Shown here piece after piece: positions 8,157 to 15,061 of a stretch of DNA of 25,785 bases. The translations under genes and the position numbers were made by a program. Source of the stretch: a virus (lineage: Duplodnaviria; Caudoviricetes); the IMG/VR virus record IMGVR_UViG_3300022181_000007, positions 1-25,785 of that record, one strand, 5' to 3'. Numbering within the stretch: position 1 is the first letter of the stretch; each line of letters begins with the position of its first letter. Below the pieces are notes generated by a model. The model was not told the DNA's origin. It ran no database searches and saw only the letters and a list, made by a program, of their open reading frames with translations.

Positions 8157-8352
8157 GTTTGAGAATACTTATCAAATCAATAGCCATGACGATGATGGCT
8201 GGTTGCGACGTGAAAAATCTCTGGAAGAATGCATGGCGGAATGGAGGAAGAAAAGAAAAATAAGACAAAGCGAAGGATGCGCCGTAGGCGCTGAAGATAT
8301 AAGAGGAAGGAGCGATAATGCGAATCGGATCATTCTGGGTGAAGAAAAATGA
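8125..8352 (+). CDS. Hypothetical protein (75 aa)
   Basis: ATG 8125 with an AAGGAG RBS, inside ORF 7936..8352. Confidence 0.5.
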   Translation: MRKRTRQLDLEFENTYQINSHDDDGWLRREKSLEECMAEWRKKRKIRQSEGCAVGAEDIRGRSDNANRIILGEEK

Positions 8353-8569
8353 TGATGGCAGCAAAACGATGTCAGGCGAAATTGGCAGCGATGTTGGGTT
8401 GAGCGTGCCAGCTGGCCAGCGACTCTATGCTAAGCTGGTACGGAATGACAAAAAGAAAGATGCAAAATCGCCGGATTACTTTCTCGAGGCATGGATGCCG
8501 CGAGAGAAAGAAAGAAAAGACTATAAAATGCAATTCGATCCACAACGAAATGATGACGCCGTTTTCTAA
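8318..8569 (+). CDS. DUF736-like (putative ssDNA-binding) protein
   Basis: IGSFW.K....G....SG.I...N..K....SPDY pattern and an acidic C-terminal tail ending in F. Confidence 0.6.
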   Translation: MRIGSFWVKKNDDGSKTMSGEIGSDVGLSVPAGQRLYAKLVRNDKKKDAKSPDYFLEAWMPREKERKDYKMQFDPQRNDDAVF

Positions 8570-8583
8570 TAAGGAGGCAAACG

Positions 8584-9642
8584 ATGTCAGCGCCATGGAG
8601 ACAGGTTCACAAGACTTTCTGGTCGGATCCAAAGGTTGTTGATTATTTTACACCGGAGGACAAGTTTTTCTATTTATACCTTATAACGAACGAGCATACG
8701 ACACAATGCGGCGTCTACAAGATATCCCTGAAGCAGATCGGTTTCGAAACCGGATACTCGATAGAAACTGTCAAGAATCTCGTCGAACGTTTTCAGAATG
8801 GGCTTAAGCGCATCAGATACAATCCGGAAACAAATGAGATCGCGATACTGAACTGGGCAAAGTACAATTATCCGACAACAATAAAAGACAATCGCTTTTT
8901 GTGTATCCAGGAAGAGATCACGGCGGTCAAGGATAAATCACTCATTGCTGATGTATTGCAGAATGCTGTACCAGAAATTCGAGATGCTCTACTGATGAAG
9001 GGAGATGTAAGCACCTCTGATGCACCTTATAAGGGACTTGGAAGCCCCTCCGAAGCCCCTTATAAGCCCCTAGGGGAAGAAAAAGAAGAAGAACAAGAAC
9101 AAAAACAAGAACAAAAAAAAGAAAAAGAGAGAGAGCCGCGCGCGCGCGAGGCAAGTTTTCCACAAGAGAAACCGGAAAACGAAAAACCGGCATCAGTACG
9201 CCTTGCTGAAGACTGGTTTCGTCGATTCAACTCAATGACCGGGGCAAAAACAAAACCGGACAGTAAATCTCTCGAGCTATCGCGGCGACTGCTTGAATTC
9301 CTTGGAAATGATCTTGATATGGCTCTGCTTGCAGTCGATTATTATTTCAGCCATTGGCGAGAGCTCTGGTTTGCATGCGAGCGATGGTCTCGGTCCGGAC
9401 CAGAAGATCTGCGCAAATGGGAATTCAGGTTTGCAAGCTTTGCGGATCCTGAGAATTGTCAGGAAATACTTTCCCGCATTGCACGCCAGCAAGAAACAAA
9501 AAGCCATGATTCCTTTAGTGCTGCACGACCTGGCGATGATGAGCCGCCAATAGATCCAGAGGAAAATGCAAAAGCCTGGCAGCGCATTAATGAATTTTTG
9601 CGGCAGAAAATTGCGGCGCATGAGGCGGCAATGACGGCATAA
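8584..9642 (+). CDS. Phage replication initiator / replisome organizer
   Basis: N-terminal FWSDPKV...TPEDKFFYLYLITN.HT..CG.Y domain, and an E/K/Q-rich linker carrying DNA iterons. Confidence 0.85.
   Translation: MSAPWRQVHKTFWSDPKVVDYFTPEDKFFYLYLITNEHTTQCGVYKISLKQIGFETGYSIETVKNLVERFQNGLKRIRYNPETNEIAILNWAKYNYPTTIKDNRFLCIQEEITAVKDKSLIADVLQNAVPEIRDALLMKGDVSTSDAPYKGLGSPSEAPYKPLGEEKEEEQEQKQEQKKEKEREPRAREASFPQEKPENEKPASVRLAEDWFRRFNSMTGAKTKPDSKSLELSRRLLEFLGNDLDMALLAVDYYFSHWRELWFACERWSRSGPEDLRKWEFRFASFADPENCQEILSRIARQQETKSHDSFSAARPGDDEPPIDPEENAKAWQRINEFLRQKIAAHEAAMTA
9009..9133. repeat. Probable replication origin: six 11-bp iterons plus an A-rich tract
   Basis: Units start at 9009, 9020, 9031, 9042, 9053 and 9064 (consensus AAGCCCCTnnn), followed by a purine/A-rich run. 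Confidence 0.7.
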
Positions 9643-9653
9643 GGATTCAGATA

Positions 9654-9863
9654 ATGACAAGGCTTGAGTGGGTAAAGGAATACAGGCCACACCACAATTT
9701 CGATAACCTTGTAGAAGATAGCTGTCCTGGCGTGTTTCGGAAAGATTGGCCGGTGGCATCATATGAGGAAAGGTATATAGATGACAAGGGCATTGTCGTT
9801 GGATGTCGCGGTAAGACCTGCAAGCAGTGCTGGGCTCATGAGGCGAATGATGACAAGGATTGA
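9654..9863 (+). CDS. Small Cys-rich (Zn-binding?) protein, paralog 1
   Basis: MTRLE...CPG...GIVVGCRGKTCKQCW. Confidence 0.7.
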   Translation: MTRLEWVKEYRPHHNFDNLVEDSCPGVFRKDWPVASYEERYIDDKGIVVGCRGKTCKQCWAHEANDDKD

Positions 9864-10044
9864 AAAAGCAGTAGAACTTACAGGCAAGGATAAAGATTTC
9901 ATCATTGGGAAATATTGTCCGCGGCAATTATTAGGCGGGAGACTATCAGTTTTTGATGAAAGTAGTGCAATATATGGCATAGGTGGAATAGTCATCGGTT
10001 GCAGGCGTACCACCTGTAATAAATGCTGGAGAAAAGATTTATGA
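9847..10044 (+). CDS. Small Cys-rich (Zn-binding?) protein, paralog 2
   Basis: MMTRIE...CPR...GIVIGCRRTTCNKCW, with a GAGG RBS before 9847. Confidence 0.7.
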   Translation: MMTRIEKAVELTGKDKDFIIGKYCPRQLLGGRLSVFDESSAIYGIGGIVIGCRRTTCNKCWRKDL

Positions 10045-10223
10045 GCCTATCAAAAATTTACGCCGATATAGAATTTGAAAGAGCGAATAATTTATCATGG
10101 TCCGAGAATGCATTATCAAAAGACAAAAGTAGTTTCTATACGCGCGGCGAGCTTATTCATCAGGCGGCAATAATCGTGCAAGCCATCAATGAACTAGATA
10201 ACTGCAATTTGGAGGGGAAATGA
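10041..10223 (+). CDS. Small protein resembling a truncated MazG-like helical NTP-pyrophosphatase
   Basis: I..ER...W...RGELIHQAAIIVQAINELD pattern, with ATGA overlaps at both ends. Confidence 0.45.
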   Translation: MSLSKIYADIEFERANNLSWSENALSKDKSSFYTRGELIHQAAIIVQAINELDNCNLEGK

Positions 10224-10396
10224 GTATCGGTAAAGACTTGGACGAGATCGCGGCGGAACTCATGCGTCTGGATTATGGCGAGCTGCATATTGTGGTGCGC
10301 GGCGGAGAGATTGTGAGCTATTCAATTATCAGATCCAAGCTGGTACTAAAAAGAAACGAAAAAGAGCATAAGCAATTACAAGAAAAACAATATTAG
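10220..10396 (+). CDS. DUF2292/YezD-like small protein (58 aa, not in the ORF track)
   Basis: MSIGKDLDEIAAELMRLDYGELHIVVRGGEIVSYSIIRSK...; helix then L.YG.L.IVV.GG.IV; GGAGG RBS. Confidence 0.6.
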   Translation: MSIGKDLDEIAAELMRLDYGELHIVVRGGEIVSYSIIRSKLVLKRNEKEHKQLQEKQY

Positions 10397-10405
10397 GAGG
10401 AGAAT

Positions 10406-11635
10406 ATGAAAGATATTTTATTGACAATCTTTGCAGTATTGAGATTTATTTATAATCATAGCAAAATTACTGGAAAACGAAACGGGTCAGAATTTTTTGC
10501 TGATCGTATTGTTCAAGCTGCCACAGAAAAAACATTGCTTGCTTTTGCTGAACGCCTATCAAAACTTGTTGATGCAGATATCGGTAGTATTTGGGAATCT
10601 CGAGGTGTTGAATTTTTGAGAATATCAGGTACTCAAGATGCGGCAAAAGTATACCAATGGATAAGGCTTTATCCCAGAATTGTTGCAATGATCTCTGCTC
10701 TTCCAAGAATGGAGCAAGTTGAAGAAGCAATAGAATCTATCGAAATAGAATCCGTCAAAGAAGATGGATGTGCCATACCTCAGGGCAAATATGAAATTCC
10801 TATCGAAATTACAACGCTTTCGCCGCTTGCTCATGGAGCAGATATAAAAGCTGGGAATGCGACATTATTTCGCAGAATGCAGGTTTTAAGCGATACTGGC
10901 GCAACGCTATCGCTGCCTTTCTATTCTGGGAATGCTTTGCGAGGCCAGATGCGCGATCTTCTTGCAGATGATTTTCTCCGAGCAATCGATATTAAGCCTA
11001 GCAGAACAAATCCGCCTATTGCTTTATGGTTTTTCCATACAATATATGCCGGTGGCGCCCTTGAAGAAAACAGCGATGCTGCTAAAGCATTCGGGAAATT
11101 GCTTGGTACTAATGGAGCAATCAAAGCAGAAGGAATCTATCAGTTTCGCGACACGCTTCCAATGATTTCCGCACTTGGGTGCTCCATTGGGAATCGCATT
11201 ATCGAAGGCAGAGCAAATTTTGGCGATTTTCGTCCATGTTGTTATGAGTGGTCCAATGGAAATATTAAGGTATCAGAATTAATGACATGGGAATTTTTAA
11301 CCAGGCGGGAAGATTTTGAAGGCCATGAAGATGGAGATAATAAATCCATGATCGCAACCATTGAATGCATAAAACCTGGTGTCGTTTTGCAGGGCGGAAT
11401 AGATATTCGAGGGCATGCTTCAGAACTCGAGCGATCTGTTATTGGGAAAGGGCTTTCACTGCTTGCAGATCGCGGATTCATAGGAGCTTATTCAAGGCAA
11501 GGTTTTGGTAAAGTAAGGATCGAGATCGAAAATGCTCCTGATGGCAAGCTGTATGAAAACTATCTTGCTGAAAATAAGAATAAGATCATTGACTATCTTG
11601 AATCGCTCGGTGCCATATGCATGCCATCAATTTAA
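10406..11635 (+). CDS. csf2: Type IV Cas7 (Csf2) with an N-terminal Cas11-like helical domain
   Basis: The RAMP core starts at residue ~129: ITTLSPLAHG, AGNATLFRR, PFYSGNALRGQMRD, GGAL, PMISALG, EFLTRRED and G-loop IGAYSRQGFGKV. Residues 1-~110 are helical. Confidence 0.88.
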   Translation: MKDILLTIFAVLRFIYNHSKITGKRNGSEFFADRIVQAATEKTLLAFAERLSKLVDADIGSIWESRGVEFLRISGTQDAAKVYQWIRLYPRIVAMISALPRMEQVEEAIESIEIESVKEDGCAIPQGKYEIPIEITTLSPLAHGADIKAGNATLFRRMQVLSDTGATLSLPFYSGNALRGQMRDLLADDFLRAIDIKPSRTNPPIALWFFHTIYAGGALEENSDAAKAFGKLLGTNGAIKAEGIYQFRDTLPMISALGCSIGNRIIEGRANFGDFRPCCYEWSNGNIKVSELMTWEFLTRREDFEGHEDGDNKSMIATIECIKPGVVLQGGIDIRGHASELERSVIGKGLSLLADRGFIGAYSRQGFGKVRIEIENAPDGKLYENYLAENKNKIIDYLESLGAICMPSI

Positions 11636-12363
11636 TTGCGCAATCGGTTAGGACTCTAGCGCCGGCATTGCCATGCGATCCTATAGAAGCGACATGCGCA
11701 GTAACCGGACAAGTTTGTCCTTGCCTCCCACGACGAGAAGTTCTCGGTGATAGTTTTACAAACATTGATTGTCTTCGCGCTCCGGAAAGCGAATTTGTTG
11801 GCGTCGATGTCTATATTGCTTGGTTCTTTGGATATAAGACAACTGAGGATAAAAAACGCCTGAAATGCCCGGAGCGCATGGCTAGCTGGATATGTGATGG
11901 CAATGAATTCCGCGAATTATCGCGTATTGAAATACGCGAGATGGTACTAAATGGGATTCCATATAAACAATGGGCTGCATACGTTACCACAAGCTATAAA
12001 AAACATGGGAGCTTATGGGCGAGAGTAAACATAGGTCCGAGAGGTATTTGGCGCTTTGAAATGATTGACGCCGATTGCCGAGATGAAAATAAGACGAGGG
12101 AATATTGGAATAGAATGAACGCTGCGGTTAACGCAGGAATCGGCAGGGGCATTATTGAAACGCTTGATATGCCACCCTATTTGACCATGAAGGTTGGAAT
12201 GAAAACATGGATTGAATATGAGAAATGGGCAAAACCAATATATCAGAGCGGATTATACCAGTTTCTTGCATATCTATTGCCGAGCGCAGAGGAGAGAATA
12301 AATGCGAAATCTGGAATTGGAAATGGAGGCATATCGAAAAGCAAACAGCTATCTTTATTCTAA
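11617..12363 (+). CDS. csf1: Type IV Cas8-like large subunit (Csf1)
   Basis: CAVTG...SFTNIDCLRAPES..V N-terminal pattern and a TTSYKKH motif, adjacent to csf2. Confidence 0.75.
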   Translation: MHAINLIAQSVRTLAPALPCDPIEATCAVTGQVCPCLPRREVLGDSFTNIDCLRAPESEFVGVDVYIAWFFGYKTTEDKKRLKCPERMASWICDGNEFRELSRIEIREMVLNGIPYKQWAAYVTTSYKKHGSLWARVNIGPRGIWRFEMIDADCRDENKTREYWNRMNAAVNAGIGRGIIETLDMPPYLTMKVGMKTWIEYEKWAKPIYQSGLYQFLAYLLPSAEERINAKSGIGNGGISKSKQLSLF

Positions 12364-13042
12364 ACATATTCGAAATGCAGAGGAAATCATTAGAGTTGCG
12401 TTATTGCAATGTAAAAATCCAGCGATAGCATTATCTGGAGGCAAGGATTCTGTTGCAATGGCAGGGTTGGTCTGCAAATTTTGCAGTCCTAAAATAATCT
12501 GGAATGATTCCGGGCTTGAATTACCAGAAAGTAAAAGCATCATCTATGAAATTGCAGATAGATTTGGGCTCGAGATAATTGTTGCGAAAGGATGTGCAAT
12601 AGAAGAAGCCGAAGCTATAGGCCGCGGAGAATTATCGCGATATGACAAAAAAGTAATTAATAGTATTGATACAATAATAAATCCAGTTAGGAAAGCACTT
12701 ATTGAGCATGGAATCGATCTTGAGTTTGTAGGGCTTAGGAAAAAAGAAAGCATAAAGCGGCGGATGTTATTATCTCAATATGGGCCTATCCACTATTCAA
12801 AAAAATGGGGCATAAAAATTGCCTGGCCAATGATGAATTGGGATGGCAGGGATTGCCTCGCATATATATGTGAAAATAATTTACCGATTCATCCAGCATA
12901 TTTAATGGCTTCAGATCCTGCGATGGCACGAGTTTCATGGGCGTTTGATACAGCTCGCGAGGCGCCTGCTGAAACTGAAGTAGTGAGAAGAAATTATCCC
13001 GAAATCTATAGAAAATTAAGAGAGGCAGGCTTATGTCAATAA
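12302..13042 (+). CDS. CysH-like (PAPS reductase family, PP-loop) protein of type IV-B loci
   Basis: SGGKDS, DSGLE.PE, GLRKKES..RR and PMMNW...D...YI..NNLPIHPAY. Confidence 0.9.
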   Translation: MRNLELEMEAYRKANSYLYSKHIRNAEEIIRVALLQCKNPAIALSGGKDSVAMAGLVCKFCSPKIIWNDSGLELPESKSIIYEIADRFGLEIIVAKGCAIEEAEAIGRGELSRYDKKVINSIDTIINPVRKALIEHGIDLEFVGLRKKESIKRRMLLSQYGPIHYSKKWGIKIAWPMMNWDGRDCLAYICENNLPIHPAYLMASDPAMARVSWAFDTAREAPAETEVVRRNYPEIYRKLREAGLCQ

Positions 13043-13728
13043 ACAATCTTAAGATAACATTTTTTCTCGATGGCACTGGCGTCTATTATGATCCATATGA
13101 GCCGATACATCTTGATGCTCTTATGGCGTGGGCCCTCATGCCATTTCATCGATCGAAGGGATCACAAGCTCCATCAAGAGATGAGGAACCAATTGATGTG
13201 CCTCTGCCGCTTGATAAATGGCAGCTTGCAGGAACATGGGGATGGAAAGCAAGCGCACTATTTCCAGAAGGAATTACTGCAGAAAGCATGCAATATTGGC
13301 GTAAAAGATTTCGCCAATCTCGTATTGAAATTACAAGCGGTAGCCCTAATCTGCAAAATGGTATATATAGAGAATACAATACTCCATTACCATTATTACT
13401 TTGCCATAGGATGGTTGCTTATGCAGTCGGAGATCGTGGGCGTGTTGAACAGGTATTGCGTAAGCATATCAAGTATCTTGGTAAGAAAAATGCCTATGGT
13501 AAAGGCCATGTCCTTGGAGTAACTGTTGAGATTGTAAATTACGATTGGTCGATGTATCGAGATGGCAAGCCTATGCGTTTTTTGCCCGACACAACCGGGA
13601 CCAGAATGGTAAGGCCACGGCCACCATATTGGAACAATTGCGGGCGTGTCTTATGTGGAGAGATCCCTATGAGGCAGATCTCATTTCTTCCAACCAATCA
13701 ACAAGAGCAAATTGCTGACCTGGTGTGA
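13033..13728 (+). CDS. csf3: Type IV Cas5 (Csf3)
   Basis: LKITF.L...PIHLDALMAWA, W.W.AS, G-rich loop LGKKNAYGKGHV and RPRPPYW. Confidence 0.85.
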   Translation: MSINNLKITFFLDGTGVYYDPYEPIHLDALMAWALMPFHRSKGSQAPSRDEEPIDVPLPLDKWQLAGTWGWKASALFPEGITAESMQYWRKRFRQSRIEITSGSPNLQNGIYREYNTPLPLLLCHRMVAYAVGDRGRVEQVLRKHIKYLGKKNAYGKGHVLGVTVEIVNYDWSMYRDGKPMRFLPDTTGTRMVRPRPPYWNNCGRVLCGEIPMRQISFLPTNQQEQIADLV

Positions 13729-14068
13729 GATTCCTCAATTTTTCAATAAGAGCGGCGCGGTCCACACCGAAAAACTCAAATTGACTTGGATCTTCATCCT
13801 CTGTATCGGCAAGCACAGCGCCAATAATTGTCTGATAACTATAGATAGTTGAAAGCGCATTATTAAGCAGAAGATTGATCTCATTTTCTTCAAATAGATC
13901 GCGTAGTCTGCGCCTTTCGGCGCGAACCAGTTCGTCATATCTGCCCAATATTTCAGTCAATGTCGCCGACTGGCCATATTCGCCCTCATCAGTATTAAGC
14001 CGCTCAGCATATTTCTTGAGAAGCGCCTCAAGATTTTTATTGAGATATACAGTTGTTCGTCTGCTCAT
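13667..14068 (-). CDS. Putative RHH-type transcriptional regulator
   Basis: N-terminal RTTVYL beta-strand plus helices (S.TL.EIL.RY); GGGAG RBS. Confidence 0.6.
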   Translation of the reverse strand: MSRRTTVYLNKNLEALLKKYAERLNTDEGEYGQSATLTEILGRYDELVRAERRRLRDLFEENEINLLLNNALSTIYSYQTIIGAVLADTEDEDPSQFEFFGVDRAALIEKLRNLTPGQQFALVDWLEEMRSAS

Positions 14069-14133
14069 TTAATTCTCCCTATGATTCTTAAATTTCATAA
14101 AGCAGCAGTTTCTTCCCATTTTAAACCTCCCAA

Positions 14134-14160
14134 CCCTTCGGCAACTTTATCGCCGAAGGG
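14134..14160 (-). other. Intercistronic hairpin
   Basis: Minus strand CCCTTCGGCGA-taaag-TTGCCGAAGGG, followed by GGGAGG rather than a U-tract. Confidence 0.6.
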
Positions 14161-14169
14161 CTATAATAT

Positions 14170-14697
14170 CTATAAATTAAAAGATTCTGGCAAATAGATT
14201 ATTGTTTTTGCCGGTCTATAGTTGCCGCTTTTCCACCATTTCGTTGTTCGAATGCCTGGGAAAAATTTGCCACTTTTTGTTTCAAAACCCCATGGCTCAT
14301 GCTTTATAACTGGCTCATCTATTTTATCATAATATGCTTCAGTGCATGATTTATATCCAGCCTTACGTGCAAGCGCATTAAGCTTCCGCAGGCTCTCATT
14401 AGAAAGTTTGGAAAGATCAATCTTGCTCTGATTGTCTGGGCAATAGACTTCAATACTATAGAGGGTAGGTATGCCATCGCCCCATCTGGTTGATCCAACT
14501 TGCACCGAGCAGCGGCATTTGGCAACTACGCCATTTCCAAGGTCATAATCAGCAGATTCATCTAGGCGATTCTTCAGCGCGATATCCATTCCATTACCAC
14601 TGCAATCGGAAGGAAGAACATGATAGGTTTTCCCTATCTCGATCTTTCCAGCAACATAAAGTTGCCGGAGATTTTCTGCCATTTGCTCTGTCTTCAT
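14170..14697 (-). CDS. Hypothetical protein
   Basis: 175-aa ORF with an AAGGAG RBS and its own promoter. Confidence 0.7.
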   Translation of the reverse strand: MKTEQMAENLRQLYVAGKIEIGKTYHVLPSDCSGNGMDIALKNRLDESADYDLGNGVVAKCRCSVQVGSTRWGDGIPTLYSIEVYCPDNQSKIDLSKLSNESLRKLNALARKAGYKSCTEAYYDKIDEPVIKHEPWGFETKSGKFFPGIRTTKWWKSGNYRPAKTIIYLPESFNL

Positions 14698-14771
14698 ATT
14701 TTGCTCCTTGCCGCCTCCCTTTCGGTAGCGGACTCAGTTTATTGAGAGAGTCTCTCGCTCTCTCTGAATAG

Positions 14772-14800
14772 AATATACAACTATATAGTCATACACGCAA
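14772..14800 (-). promoter_or_regulatory. Leftward promoter with a palindromic operator in the spacer
   Basis: TTGCGT, 17-nt spacer, TATATT on the minus strand; perfect palindrome ACTATATAGT at 14780-14789. Confidence 0.65.
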
Positions 14801-14853
14801 TAGCAAATGCGATAAAAATCAATACTACAAAGAAGAAATGCTTAAAATTCATC

Positions 14854-14888
14854 TTGACAAACGTTAAGTAATGAATTATATATATACT
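14854..14888 (+). promoter_or_regulatory. Probable late promoter
   Basis: TTGACA (14854-14859), 17-nt spacer, TATATA; an alternative -10 TATACT sits at 14883-14888. Confidence 0.6.
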
Positions 14889-14899
14889 TGAAAAGAGTT

Positions 14900-14979
14900 T
14901 GCGGATCTAACCGATAAACGGGCGACCGCATGCTGTGATTTTGAATTACCTTGCCTAACCGATAAACGGGCGGCGAGGT
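14900..14979 (+). repeat. Two identical 18-nt repeats in tandem hairpins (structured late leader or mini-array)
   Basis: CTAACCGATAAACGGGCG at 14907-14924 and 14955-14972, closed by different outer stems. Confidence 0.8.
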
Positions 14980-15061
14980 TCGTCTCGACAAAGCCAAGAA
15001 TAAGGCTGTTGGGATGGACGTCGCCGCCCGTCATGTTTATATGGCGGCGAAAGGGTTATGG

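Noticed and set aside
12302-13042. Auxiliary metabolic gene for sulfate assimilation
   Set aside because: It lacks the ECGLH catalytic motif and sits inside a csf operon.
14925-14954. Self-target of the 30-nt spacer (TTGAATTACC also occurs in the cysH-like gene near 12516)
   Set aside because: A 10-nt AT-rich match is plausible by chance in 26 kb, and I saw no longer match.
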